A DNA stretch of 64,000 bases. It comes from Dongiaceae bacterium (GTDB lineage: Bacteria; Pseudomonadota; Alphaproteobacteria; SHNJ01). Under the pieces are notes generated by a model that had not been told where the DNA came from, searched no databases, and was given only the letters and a program-made list of their open reading frames with translations. Where the stretch lies: positions 128,096 to 192,095 of the forward strand of contig JBFXCK010000001.1 of the NCBI GenBank assembly GCA_050182275.1. Reading direction: 5' to 3'. Shown in pieces: positions 1-10,700 of this stretch (position 1 is its first letter; each line of letters opens with the position of its first letter). The translations under genes were made by a program, and so were the position numbers.

Positions 1-372
1 GGCGATGCCGGAAGTTTGGCGCTTGGGTTTTTATTGGGCGGCTTGCTGCTGCAAACCGCGGCGCAAGGGTATATAGCCGCTGCTATTATCTTGCCCATGT
101 ATTTTCTGGCTGACGCCACGCTGACATTAATCTTACGTTTATTGCACGGGGAAAAATTCTGGCAATCGCACCGTTCGCATTTTTACCAGCGTGCCGTGAC
201 AGGCGGCTTAACCCACCGTCAAGTCTTACTGCCGTTTTTATTGTTGCAAGCGGTACTTGTGTTGTTGGCAGTGTTGCTAAGCGTCTCCCATCCGGTTTTA
301 AGCGTGATTGTCGCGGGGGTTTTAACCTTGTCTTTGTTGGGTTATTTCTGGTTATGCAGCTACGGGGAATAA
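1..372 (+). CDS. Partial CDS at the window start: C-terminal part of a polyprenyl-phosphate N-acetylhexosamine-1-phosphate transferase (MraY/WecA/WbpL family).
   Basis: Frame 1 translates from nt 1 as GDAGSLALGFLLGG, which is the conserved GD(T/A)GS motif of MraY/WecA-family transferases. It is followed by hydrophobic transmembrane segments, and the start lies upstream of the window. Confidence 0.6.
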   Translation, partial: GDAGSLALGFLLGGLLLQTAAQGYIAAAIILPMYFLADATLTLILRLLHGEKFWQSHRSHFYQRAVTGGLTHRQVLLPFLLLQAVLVLLAVLLSVSHPVLSVIVAGVLTLSLLGYFWLCSYGE

Positions 373-1304
373 AATCGGTGCTGGTCACAGGCGCCAGCGG
401 CTTTGTTGGCCGCGAATTAATCCCTTATTTAATAGAAAAAAATTTCGCCGTTACATCGGTATCGCGGCGTTTGCTCGATAATAAGGCCAATCAAATTTTA
501 ATTCCGGCGATTGCTCCCGATACCGCTTGGGCGCATCATGTAGCGGGCATCGAGGCGGTGGTGCATTTAGCGGCCAGAGTGCATCAGATGCGGGATAAGG
601 CCGCCGATCCGCTTTCCCTTTACCGCCAGGAAAACCGCGACAGCGCTTTAAACCTTGCCCGGCAGGCGAAAGCGGCGGGCTGCAGGCTGTTTATTTTTTT
701 AAGCACGGCCAAAGTCATGGGCGAAGAAAGCAAACGCCCCTTCACCGAAGCTGATATTCCAGAGCCGACAGATCCTTACGCAATCGCCAAATTCGAAGCC
801 GAACAAGAATTGCTGAAATTGGCCAATGCGGATTTTCAAGTGATGATTTTGCGCCCGCCGCTTATATATGGGCCGGAAGTCAGAGCCAATTTTTTAAGCC
901 TGTTGACATTAGCCGATAAAAATTGGTGGCTGCCGTTCGGCGCGTTGGACAATAAGCGCAGCCTTTTATATACCGGCAATTTGCTTGATGCCATTGCCAG
1001 CGTTCTGCGAAATCCGCAAGGCGGAACATATTTTATCAGCGATGGAAGGGATTTACCTTTCAGCGAGTTGCTGCGCGTCCTGCGCCAAGCTTTAGGCCGC
1101 CGCCCCCGCTTGCTGCGCTTTTCTCCCAAGCTGTTAAAGGCCGGGCTTGGCTTGATTGGAAAAAAAGCCGTGGCGGCGCGAATTTTGGGCGATTTTCAAA
1201 TCGATAGCGGCCATTTTATGCAAGATTATAAGTGGCGCCCGCCCTATAGCGTTGAGGAGGGCTTAAAACGCACGATTGAGTGGTTTCAGGCCCAAAAACG
1301 CTAG
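354..1304 (+). CDS. NAD-dependent nucleoside-diphosphate-sugar epimerase/dehydratase (SDR family).
   Basis: N-terminal Rossmann motif VLVTGASGFVGRELIPYL. Length 316 aa. Adjacent to the WecA-like and PglF-like genes. Confidence 0.8.
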   Translation: MQLRGIKSVLVTGASGFVGRELIPYLIEKNFAVTSVSRRLLDNKANQILIPAIAPDTAWAHHVAGIEAVVHLAARVHQMRDKAADPLSLYRQENRDSALNLARQAKAAGCRLFIFLSTAKVMGEESKRPFTEADIPEPTDPYAIAKFEAEQELLKLANADFQVMILRPPLIYGPEVRANFLSLLTLADKNWWLPFGALDNKRSLLYTGNLLDAIASVLRNPQGGTYFISDGRDLPFSELLRVLRQALGRRPRLLRFSPKLLKAGLGLIGKKAVAARILGDFQIDSGHFMQDYKWRPPYSVEEGLKRTIEWFQAQKR

Positions 1305-1337
1305 AGTTTTCACCTGTTTCATGCGATAAGCCAGGCC

Positions 1338-3212
1338 ATGCTTTCTTTCTGGTTGCGCGCCCCTTTCATTTTGCTGCTTGATACTTTAGCGGCGGCGATC
1401 GGCCTTGGCTTGGCGTTGTATTTGCGCCTGGGCGATTTGTTATTTACCTATCCCGTCCATTTTTTCGAGATTGTTTTCGTTACTTTTCTGCCGATTACGG
1501 TGGTGGTGTTTTTAGCCAGCGGCCTTTATCAAAGATTATGGCGCTATACCGGGCGTGAAGATGCGATCGCGATTATTTCGGCGGTGACGGCCATTTTATT
1601 ATTGTTCACGCTGGCGCTGTTTTTAGTCAACCGTTTGCAAGATTTTCCGCGCTCTAGCTTGATCATCAGCTGGTTTGTGATTACCGCGCTGTTGGGCGGT
1701 GCGCGCCTAAGCTACCGCCTATGGCGCGAAGGGCATATCGGCAAATGGTGGAAAAATGAAACCGCCCGCATTCCCGTGCTGCTAATCGGCACCGGCGGTT
1801 CTGCCGAAGCTTTTGTGCGCGCCACCAAAAATCCCGATAATCCTTATGCCATTATCGGCATTTTAAGCGACGATCCCAGCCATCATAGGCGGCGGCTTTA
1901 TGATATTCCGGTTTTGGGCAAGGTCGCGGAGTTGGGCACGCTGTGGCATAAATTAAAAGCCCAGGGGCTGGCGCCGCAGCGGGCGCTTTTGGCCGATGAA
2001 TATGGCAAGGGCCAAGATATTCAAGAATTATTTCATTTAACCGATATGCTGGGCTTGGCTTTGGCCCGATTGCCGCGCTTAACCGATTTTAGGGCGGCGT
2101 CGCCGGAAAATATCCAGCAATTGCGCCCTATTTCTTTGGCCGATTTGCTGGGCCGGGCGCCTAATTTATTGCCCAAGCAAGGCGTTGATCGCTTACTGCA
2201 CAATAAAACCGTTCTTATCACCGGCGCCGGCGGCAGCATTGGCGGTGAATTATCGCGTCAAGTGGCGGCAACAAATCCCAAGCGTTTATTGTTATTGGAT
2301 AGCAGCGAACACGCCTTATATTTAATCGACCGCGATTTGCGGCTTTATCATCCCATGCTCGATATTGTTCCGTGTTTATTAGATGTGCGCGATCAGTTGC
2401 GCCTCGGTCAATTATTCAATGCCGAAAAACCCGATCTGGTTTTCCATGCCGCCGCGTTAAAGCATGTTCCGCTGATGGAAGACAACCCATTAGAGGCGAT
2501 TTTGACCAATGTGCAAGGCACCCAACAGGTGGCGGATTTATGCAAGGCGCATGGCGTCAGTCAAATGATCATGGTTTCAACCGATAAAGCGGTCAATCCA
2601 ACCAACATCATGGGCGCCACCAAACGCTTGGCCGAACTTTATTGTCAAATGCGCGACCGCGAAGGCGGGGCTACGCGCTTTACCACGGTGCGCTTTGGCA
2701 ATGTGCTAGGCTCGAACGGTTCGGTTGTGCCTTTATTTCAAGCTCAAATCGAGCGGGGCGGGCCGGTGACGGTGACCGATCCCAATGTCACGCGCTATTT
2801 CATGAGCATCGAGGAGGCGGTGGCGCTGATATTGCAAGCCGCCGCTATGCCTGATCAGGAAACGGTTCCGCGCGGCAGTATTTTTGTGCTGGAAATGGGC
2901 CAGCCGATTAAAATTGCCGATCTGGCTAAATTGATGATCCGCCTGGCCGGCGCGCCCGATATGACGATTACTTTTACCGGCTTGCGCCCCGGCGAGAAGC
3001 TGCATGAAGAGCTGTTTTATGCTTTTGAGGAATCCGTTCCCACAACCGTACCCGGCGTTGAGGCGGCTTTGGCGCTGGCGCCTGAATCTGGCCGTTTCAT
3101 GCAGGCATTGGAGCAATTGGTAAAGGCGGCGGAAGCTGGCCAGAAAGAGGCCAGCTTGGCTATTGTTTCTTCGCTGGTCCTCTCGTATAAGCCAAGCAAT
3201 AAAGCCGCGTAA
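1338..3212 (+). CDS. Membrane-anchored polysaccharide-biosynthesis protein of the CapD/PglF/WbpM family (UDP-GlcNAc 4,6-dehydratase-like).
   Basis: Hydrophobic N-terminus, then a central TVLITGAGGSIGGEL Rossmann motif. 624 aa, the architecture typical of PglF/WbpM. Confidence 0.8.
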   Translation: MLSFWLRAPFILLLDTLAAAIGLGLALYLRLGDLLFTYPVHFFEIVFVTFLPITVVVFLASGLYQRLWRYTGREDAIAIISAVTAILLLFTLALFLVNRLQDFPRSSLIISWFVITALLGGARLSYRLWREGHIGKWWKNETARIPVLLIGTGGSAEAFVRATKNPDNPYAIIGILSDDPSHHRRRLYDIPVLGKVAELGTLWHKLKAQGLAPQRALLADEYGKGQDIQELFHLTDMLGLALARLPRLTDFRAASPENIQQLRPISLADLLGRAPNLLPKQGVDRLLHNKTVLITGAGGSIGGELSRQVAATNPKRLLLLDSSEHALYLIDRDLRLYHPMLDIVPCLLDVRDQLRLGQLFNAEKPDLVFHAAALKHVPLMEDNPLEAILTNVQGTQQVADLCKAHGVSQMIMVSTDKAVNPTNIMGATKRLAELYCQMRDREGGATRFTTVRFGNVLGSNGSVVPLFQAQIERGGPVTVTDPNVTRYFMSIEEAVALILQAAAMPDQETVPRGSIFVLEMGQPIKIADLAKLMIRLAGAPDMTITFTGLRPGEKLHEELFYAFEESVPTTVPGVEAALALAPESGRFMQALEQLVKAAEAGQKEASLAIVSSLVLSYKPSNKAA

Positions 3213-3226
3213 TTTTGGAGAAGTAA

Positions 3227-4795
3227 ATGGCGATGCCCGCAATGTCTTATACCCCGGCCCCCGATCTCATCCCCATCAAACGGGCGCTCTTATCGGTTTC
3301 CGATAAAACGGGCTTAGAGCAATTGGCCAAGATTTTTACGCAGCATAAAATTGAAACCGTTTCAACCGGCGGCACGGCGCAAAGTTTGCGCGGCTTTGGG
3401 TTGAAGGTGAAAGATGTAAGCGAGCTAACCGGTTTTCCTGAAATTATGGATGGGCGCTTAAAAACCTTGCACCCCCTGGTGCATGGCGGCTTGCTTGGCC
3501 GGCGCGATGCGCATTTGGCGCAAATGAAGCAGCATCAAATTCCGGAAATTGATTTACTGGTGGTGAATTTATATCCCTTCGCCGCAACGGTTGCGGCCGG
3601 CAAAGATTTCGCCACTTGCATTGAAAATATCGATATCGGCGGCCCTGCAATGTTGCGCGCCGCCGCTAAAAACCATGATTTCGTCGTGGCGCTGACCGAG
3701 GCTTCCGATTATGCGGCTTTGGCCGAAGAATTAGAAAAAAACCAGGGCGCCACCACCTTAAAATTCCGTCAAAAAATGGCGGCCAAGGCTTACCGCCATA
3801 CGGCGGCCTATGACGCTATGGTGAGCGGCTGGTTTTCAGAAGAGGTCGGCGAGCAATTTCCGGAAAGCTTTATTTTCGCCGGCAAATTGGCGCAAACTTT
3901 ACGCTACGGTGAAAACAGCCATCAACAAGCCGCGTTTTATACGGCAGGTAATACGGGCCTGGCTTCGGCCAAGCAATTGCAAGGCAAGGAGCTGAGTTAT
4001 AATAATTTGCTCGATGCCGATGCGGCATTAAATTTGGCGCGCGAATTTAGCGAACCAAGTGTGGCCATTATCAAGCATAATAATCCTTGCGGCGTTGCCA
4101 GTGCTGTTGATTTAGCCGGCGCTTATGAAAAGGCCTTGGCCTCTGATCCGGTTTCCGCTTTCGGCGGCGTGGTGGCGTTGAACCGTCCGCTCGATGTGGC
4201 GACAGCGGAAAAACTTGCCAAAATTTTCACCGAGGTGATTTTGGCGCCCGGTGCGGAAGAGGCGGCGAAAACTTTACTCGCCAAAAAAACCGATTTGCGT
4301 TTGTTGATCGTGCCGGAATTATCCAAGCCCAATTACGCGTTGCGCAGCATCGCCGGCGGATTTTTATTGCAAACGCCCGACACCGCCATGGTCCCGCCGG
4401 AAAAATGGCAGGTGGTCACCAAACGCCAGCCCACGCCGGAAGAAAAACAAAACATGCTGTTCGCCATGAAGGTTTGCAAACATGTAAAATCGAATGCGAT
4501 TGTGTTTGCCAAGAATGGCGCAACATTGGGCATTGGCGCCGGGCAAATGAGCCGGATCGATTCAACCCGGATCGCCATTGCTAAAGCCCAGGAAACCGGC
4601 CATTCTTTGGCCGGCGCCGCCGTTGCTTCCGATGCGTTTTATCCCTTCCCCGATGCGATGGAATTGGCCGCCAAGGCGGGCGCTACCGCCATCATTCAGC
4701 CGGGCGGCTCGAAAAAAGATGCCGATGTGATTGCCGCGGCCGACCGTTTAGGCGTAGCGATGGTGACAACCGGGATCCGGCATTTTAGGCATTAA
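3227..4795 (+). CDS. purH: Bifunctional AICAR formyltransferase / IMP cyclohydrolase.
   Basis: MGS-like N-terminus ([15 protein letters not shown]) and AICARFT C-terminus. 522 aa. Confidence 0.95.
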   Translation: MAMPAMSYTPAPDLIPIKRALLSVSDKTGLEQLAKIFTQHKIETVSTGGTAQSLRGFGLKVKDVSELTGFPEIMDGRLKTLHPLVHGGLLGRRDAHLAQMKQHQIPEIDLLVVNLYPFAATVAAGKDFATCIENIDIGGPAMLRAAAKNHDFVVALTEASDYAALAEELEKNQGATTLKFRQKMAAKAYRHTAAYDAMVSGWFSEEVGEQFPESFIFAGKLAQTLRYGENSHQQAAFYTAGNTGLASAKQLQGKELSYNNLLDADAALNLAREFSEPSVAIIKHNNPCGVASAVDLAGAYEKALASDPVSAFGGVVALNRPLDVATAEKLAKIFTEVILAPGAEEAAKTLLAKKTDLRLLIVPELSKPNYALRSIAGGFLLQTPDTAMVPPEKWQVVTKRQPTPEEKQNMLFAMKVCKHVKSNAIVFAKNGATLGIGAGQMSRIDSTRIAIAKAQETGHSLAGAAVASDAFYPFPDAMELAAKAGATAIIQPGGSKKDADVIAAADRLGVAMVTTGIRHFRH

Positions 4796-5802
4796 TTTTT
4801 TAAACCGTGTTTTAAAATCTTTTTCATCACCGTCGGCAAGGCATGGCGGTGAAAATCGCGGGGATGCACCCATTGCCCGGCTAGTTTTTTATTTTTTATT
4901 TTGACAATTTTCACCACAAAATCAAAATGCGTGAAACTGTGGCGCACTTCGCCCGGCAGCAATTTTCCCGCCGGTTGTGGCGATCGGGCGCCCCATTCGG
5001 TTGTCGGAACTTCCATCATGCCGCCCAGCATGCCTTTATCCGCGCGGCGGCGGATAAGAATTTCGCCTTTAGGATTTTCCAGCCATAACGCCCAGGCATG
5101 GCGCGTAGGCTTGGTTTTCTTAAGCGCTTTCTTAGGCAATTCGTTTTGAATGCCCAGTTTGCGCGCGATACAAGAATTTTTCCATGGACATTTGGGGCAT
5201 AAGGGATCGCGCGGTTTGCAAATAGTTGCGCCCAAATCCATTTCCGCTTGTAAAAAATCGCCGGGGCGGTTTTTGGGCGTTAGGGCCGCCGCAATTTCAC
5301 GCAAAGTTTTCTTGGCTTTGGGAAGGGTTTCTTTCACGCCAAACATCCTAGCCAAAACACGTTCGACATTCGCATCCATCGCCGCGACCGGTTGATCAAA
5401 GGCAATTGCTGCAATCGCGCCGGCAGTATAGGGGCCAAGGCCCGGCAATTCTTTTAATTCCTCGTAAGTTTGCGGGATTTTTTTCCGCATAATCTGCGCC
5501 GCCTTGTGCAAATTCCGCCCACGGCTGTAATAACCAAGGCCTTGCCAGGCGTGTAAGACATCATCAAGCGAAGCCGCGGCCAAATCTTGAATTTTGGGCC
5601 AGCGCGCTAGAAAGCGCTGGAAATAAGCCTTTACCGTTGCAACCGTCGTTTGCTGCAGCATCACCTCGCTGATCCAGACATGATAGGGGTCGGGTTTTTG
5701 GCCCTTTTTCGCGCGCCAGGGCAAGTCGCGCCGGTGAATATCATACCAAGCCAATAATTGGCGCCGTAAATTGCGGGCTTGTATGGGGGAAGGCGGTCTC
5801 AT
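4792..5802 (-). CDS. mutY: A/G-specific adenine DNA glycosylase.
   Basis: HhH-GPD region ([17 protein letters not shown]), 4Fe-4S cysteine cluster ([17 protein letters not shown]) and a NUDIX-like C-terminus. Confidence 0.9.
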   Translation of the reverse strand: MRPPSPIQARNLRRQLLAWYDIHRRDLPWRAKKGQKPDPYHVWISEVMLQQTTVATVKAYFQRFLARWPKIQDLAAASLDDVLHAWQGLGYYSRGRNLHKAAQIMRKKIPQTYEELKELPGLGPYTAGAIAAIAFDQPVAAMDANVERVLARMFGVKETLPKAKKTLREIAAALTPKNRPGDFLQAEMDLGATICKPRDPLCPKCPWKNSCIARKLGIQNELPKKALKKTKPTRHAWALWLENPKGEILIRRRADKGMLGGMMEVPTTEWGARSPQPAGKLLPGEVRHSFTHFDFVVKIVKIKNKKLAGQWVHPRDFHRHALPTVMKKILKHGLKN

Positions 5803-5816
5803 AAAATGCCTATAGC

Positions 5817-6326
5817 ATGGATCAGAAAAAAACCAATCTAGATGATCGCAAAGCCTTTCCTCAGTTGCTGGGGCGCTTAGTGCCGAACCTAACCAAGGCG
5901 GCTTTGGGTAAAAGGGGCCTGGGGGAAGGGGCGTTTTTGGCCAATTGGGCCGAAATCGTGGGCGATACTTTGGCGCAATATACCGCGCCGGTTGAACTTA
6001 AATTTCAGGGGCGCGAGCGGGTAGATGGCACCTTGCATATACGGGTGATGGGGGCGGCAGCCTTGGAAGTGCAGCATTTGCTCCCTCTATTCTTGGAGCG
6101 GATCAATCGCCATTTTGGCTATGCCGCGGTGGCGCGGATTAAATTGATGCAAGCGCCTTTCACCGTTAAGCCCCAGGCGGCGCGGGCCTATATCGAACCT
6201 GCCTTGAATCCTAATGCTGCAACCGCTTTGCAAGCCGAATTGGCTGCCATACCTGAGGGGCCTTTGCGCGATGCGTTGATGCGGCTCGGGCGGCAAATTA
6301 TGGCCAGAAACCAAGGAACCCCTTAG
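5817..6326 (+). CDS. DUF721 / DciA-like protein, possibly a replicative-helicase operator.
   Basis: 169 aa, divergent from mutY as in many alphaproteobacteria. The sequence fits the DUF721 family, but I recognise it only at family level. Confidence 0.55.
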   Translation: MDQKKTNLDDRKAFPQLLGRLVPNLTKAALGKRGLGEGAFLANWAEIVGDTLAQYTAPVELKFQGRERVDGTLHIRVMGAAALEVQHLLPLFLERINRHFGYAAVARIKLMQAPFTVKPQAARAYIEPALNPNAATALQAELAAIPEGPLRDALMRLGRQIMARNQGTP

Positions 6327-6386
6327 TATTGCTGGCACCCCTTAAAGACAGTATAGTAAGGCCTGGTTTTTGAAAGGATAAGAAGT

Positions 6387-7079
6387 ATGAAACGTTATTG
6401 GTTAATCGGCTGCGCCACAGCGCTGCTCCTTGCGGCGGCGGCGTTTTTAAACTTTAATTCCCCTTTAACCGCCGATGATAAAATCTCCATGGCGGCCTCG
6501 ACCGCGCCGCCGGAAAATATGGCGCCGCTGCCCGAAGATAAAATCAATAATCTTTTGCCCGATCCGGTTTTGGGTAATGCAAATGCGCCGGTGACGATTA
6601 TCGAATATGCTTCTTTCACCTGCCCGCATTGCGCTCATTTTCACGAACAAGTATTGCCGCAATTAAAGGAAAAATATTTGGATACCGGCAAAGCCAAGCT
6701 TATTTTCCGGGAATTTCCGTTCGACAAAGTAGCCTTAAGCGCCGCTTTACTGGTGCGCTGCTTGCCGAACGACCAATATTTCGCGGCCGCGGGGTTAATT
6801 TTTAAAACTCAAAATAGCTGGATTGCCGAAAAAGACCATAATGCCGCGCTGATCAACCGCTTGCGCATCGCCGGCCTCACGGAAGAAAAAGCCAGGACCT
6901 GCCTTGATAATAAAGCGATGGCCGAGGCCATTTTACAGCGCCAGCTTGAGGCCCAACAAAAACTCGGCATTACTTCCACCCCCAGCTTCTTAATCAATGG
7001 CCGCAAATTGGTTGGCGCAAGGCCAATTGAGGATTTCGCGGCAGCGATCGAGGCAAATTCAACCCAACCTTCCCAATAA
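6387..7079 (+). CDS. Periplasmic DsbA-family thiol:disulfide oxidoreductase.
   Basis: Signal peptide followed by a thioredoxin CPHC active site (FTCPHCAHF). Confidence 0.8.
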   Translation: MKRYWLIGCATALLLAAAAFLNFNSPLTADDKISMAASTAPPENMAPLPEDKINNLLPDPVLGNANAPVTIIEYASFTCPHCAHFHEQVLPQLKEKYLDTGKAKLIFREFPFDKVALSAALLVRCLPNDQYFAAAGLIFKTQNSWIAEKDHNAALINRLRIAGLTEEKARTCLDNKAMAEAILQRQLEAQQKLGITSTPSFLINGRKLVGARPIEDFAAAIEANSTQPSQ

Positions 7080-7092
7080 TGAGGTGAAAACC

Positions 7093-7599
7093 ATGGCCAA
7101 ATCTTCCTCCGCTATTCTGAAACAGCTCCCCCATCCTTCGACCGAAGATGGTTTGGTGAAATCGCCCCAGGCGGTGATCAAGGCTTTGCAGCATGTTTTT
7201 GCCGATAGTTTTTCGCTTTATTATAAAACCCATAGCGCGCATTGGCATATTGAGGGGCCACAATTCTTCACCCTGCACCAGTTTTTCGAGACTTTATACA
7301 AGGATATTTGGGGGGCTTTGGACACAATCGCCGAGCATTTGCGCAGCCGCGGCGCCGAGGTGGCCTTAAGCATGGAAACTATCGTTAAGGAAAGCCATAT
7401 CGAGGGTTTTGCCGAGATAATAGAGGCCCAAGATATGCTGCAATCCTTAATTGAAGATCAGGAGCATATGATCGAGGAATTGCATAAAGGCATTCAACTG
7501 GCTCAAAAAGCCGGGGACGAGGCCAGCGCCGATTTATGCGTAGAGCGCCTGCGCGAGCATGAAAAACAGCTGTGGATGATTAGAAGCCACCTAGTATAG
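7093..7599 (+). CDS. dps: Dps (DNA-binding ferritin-like protein).
   Basis: Dps ferroxidase-site signature HWHIEGPQFFTLHQFFE. An internal ATG at 7093 is preceded by the RBS GAGGTG. The ORF-track start at 6997 is probably an upstream extension. Confidence 0.85.
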   Translation: MAKSSSAILKQLPHPSTEDGLVKSPQAVIKALQHVFADSFSLYYKTHSAHWHIEGPQFFTLHQFFETLYKDIWGALDTIAEHLRSRGAEVALSMETIVKESHIEGFAEIIEAQDMLQSLIEDQEHMIEELHKGIQLAQKAGDEASADLCVERLREHEKQLWMIRSHLV

Positions 7600-7761
7600 G
7601 CCGCATTGTTAGCCTTCCGGGATTGCGCTATAAGCTTAAAGGACTAAAGAGAGGGCAGGTAAGCCGCCCCTAAACTGCGCTTGATAAGGCGTTGGCGGCG
7701 GTTATAAACCAAGAAAGACGGCAATAGGGAGCAGCCATAAGGACGGATTGGGTACAGGAAT

Positions 7762-10700
7762 ATGAAAATCACCAAACTACGTTTAAGCGGGTTTAAATCT
7801 TTCGTCGAACCCACCGAATTGGAACTTTCCCCCGGCTTGACCGGCGTGGTGGGGCCGAATGGCTGCGGCAAATCGAATTTGGTTGATGCGTTGAAATGGG
7901 TGATGGGCGAAACTTCCGCCAAGCAATTGCGCGGCGGCGAAATGGATGACGTTATTTTCGCCGGCACCGCCAGCCGCCCTTCGCGCGTTTTCGCCGAAGT
8001 GTCGCTTTTGCTGGATAACCAGGAACGCAAAGCGCCCGCGCAATTTAATAATTCCGAAGCGCTTGAAGTCAAGCGGCGCATCGACCGCGGCGAAGGCTCG
8101 TCTTTCAGCGTCAATGATTTGGACGTCCGTCAGCGCGATGTGCAAACTTTATTCGCCGATGCTTCAACCGGCGCGCATTCCACCGCCATCGTCAGCCAGG
8201 GGCGCATCGGCAGCCTGATTAACGCCAAGCCGACCGAGCGCCGCTTGGTGCTGGAAGAGGCGGCCGGCATTGTTGGCCTTCATGCGCGCCGCCATGAAGC
8301 GGAATTAAAATTGAATGCCGCCGAAAATAATTTAAAGCGCGTGCAAGATGTGCTGCAGGCCCTTGATGTTCAGATGCAGGGATTGAAAAAACAGGCCCGC
8401 CAAGCGGCGCAATACCGCAGCCTGGCCGACCGCCTGCGCAAAGCCGAAGCGGCGCATTTCTATCATCAATGGCAATCGACCGCACAAAATTTAGCGGCGA
8501 GCCAAACTCAATTAACCGCCGCCGACCAAGAATTGGCGGCGCGTGGCGAGGAGTTCTCCGCCGCATCCGCCAAACAGGCTGAGGCGGCCGCTAATTTGCC
8601 GCCTTTGCGTCAGGCCGAAGCCATGCGCGCCGCCGCCTTGCAGCGCTTGAAACTGGCCGAGCATGAGCTCGCCCAGGAAGAAGAGCGTTTAAAGCGCGCC
8701 CAAAGCGCTTTAGCCATGCGCCAAGAGCAAATCGCCGCCGATATGATCCGTGAACAGGAATTGGCGAAAGAAGGGACGCAAGAATTGGCGCGTCTTATGG
8801 CCGAAATTGAAGCCGGCGCTACGGCCCAAGCGCAAGAGGAGCAAAGCCTGCAAAGCTTAACCGCCTTAGTCGAAGCGGCGCAAAATTTGGTAGCCGCCAA
8901 AGAGCAAACCGCGCAGGATAAATCGCGGGCCTATGCGCAAAGCGCGGCGGAAGAAAAATCTTTAACCGAACGGATCGCCGGCCTGATAAGCGAACGCGAT
9001 CATTTGGCGGCCGAAGCCGAAAAACTCACGGCCGAAATGGAAGATGCCCGCCGCCAATTGCAGGAACTGGATATTTTAAATCCGGCCCGCAATCAAGTCA
9101 TTGCCGCCGAAGAAGATTTGGTCAAGGCGCGCTCGGCTATGAAGGAAGCCGAGGAGGCCCGTCATCGCGCTTTCGCCGAAGAAAGCGCCCAGCGCTTGAA
9201 AATCGAAAATTTCAGCGGCCAATTAGCGGCAGCCAGGGCCGAAAAAGCCGCCTTGCAAAGCATGGTGGGCGTTGAAATCGCCGGCGAAACTCTGGCCGAC
9301 CGCACCCGTACAGAAGATGGCTATGAAGCGGCCTTGGCGGCGGCCTTGGGCGATGATTTATTGACCGATGAAAAGGGCGAGCGCAAATGGATTGCGCTGC
9401 CGCCCTTGGCTTATGCGCCGGCTTTGCCTGCCGGCCTTCGCTCCTTGCAAGATTATGTGCAAGCGCCCGCCGAATTGGCGCGCTGTCTGGCGCAAATCGG
9501 CGTTGTAGCCGATCGCGCCGAGGGGGATCGTTATCAAAATGAATTGACCATCGGCCAGCGCCTCGTCACTCAAGCCGGGGATTTATGGCGCTGGGATGGT
9601 TTTACCGTTTCCGCCGCCGCCACCGGCATGGCGGCAAAACGCTTGGAACAGCGCCACCGGTTGAAACAAGTCGAAAAGATTTTAAATGAATTAACCGCTA
9701 ATCAAGCGCAAGAAGAAGAAAATTTAAATCGCCTGACCGCCCATACCCAGCAAATTATCGAAGCCGAAACTTTGGCCAAGAAAAATTTGGAAAGCCGTTT
9801 CGCCACGCTTGATCAAGCGCGGGCCGAAGAATTGGCTGTTACCCAGCGCAACGCCCAAGCGTCGTCGAAATTATCAGCCATTGTCGCCCGCGCCGAACAG
9901 CTGGCCGGGCGCCAAGCCGGCGTAGCGCAGCAATTAAGCAATGCGGAAAATACCCAACGGCAATTGCCCGATTTGAAAATGTTGGAAAAAGAATTTCTGG
10001 CCGCTCAAAGCGCCGCCGGCGAGGCGCGCCGCGAATTAACCGACAATCAGGCGCAGTTGGCCTCGCTTAAACGTATTGCGCAGGAATTGGCGCAGCGTTT
10101 AACTCAAAGCCGCCAGCAGCAGCAAGATTGGCAAAAGCGCCTTGCCACCAGTGAACAGCGCCTAATTGTTTTGCAAGAACGTCAGACGGAAGCCAATGCG
10201 GAAGAAGCTGAATTAGCCCGCCGCCCCGCCGAAATCGCCGGCCAGCGCGCGAAATTGCTAAGCGAATTAACCGAAGCTGAAACTTTACGCCAAGCCGCCG
10301 CCGATGAATTGGCCGCCGCTGAAAACCATTTAAGCGCGCTTGACCGGAATTTAAAAGAATTGAACGCAGCGATTTCGCAGTTACGCGAAAGCCGCGCTAG
10401 GGCCGAAGTCAATCAGCAGCATGCGGTGGCGGAACAGCAGCGTTTAACAGGGGAAATCGCTGAACGTTTATCGGCAACCCCTGCCGACTTGCTAAGTTTA
10501 GCCGAAAGCGATGAGGCCGATCTGCCCGATTTCGCCGCCATCACCAGCCGCTTGGAGCGCCTGCGCCGCGAGCGCGACACGATGGGCCCGGTTAATTTGC
10601 GCGCGGAAGAAGAAATGGAAGAATTGAATCAAAAAGTCACTTCCATGCAAAGCGACCGCGATGATTTGGTGGCCGCCATCGCCAAATTGCGCGATGGGAT

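Noticed and set aside
2733-3242. A 169-aa minus-strand ORF overlapping the 3' end of the PglF-like gene.
   Set aside because: It is antisense to a conserved dehydratase domain and has a low-complexity R/Q/L-rich translation. It is most likely spurious.
7783-8900. Several 90–120-aa ORFs antisense to, or out of frame within, smc (7783..8145, 7946..8218, 8219..8566, 8610..8900).
   Set aside because: They lie entirely inside the well-supported SMC coding region. They have Arg/Ala-rich compositions typical of GC-rich non-coding frames, and none has an RBS or recognisable motif.
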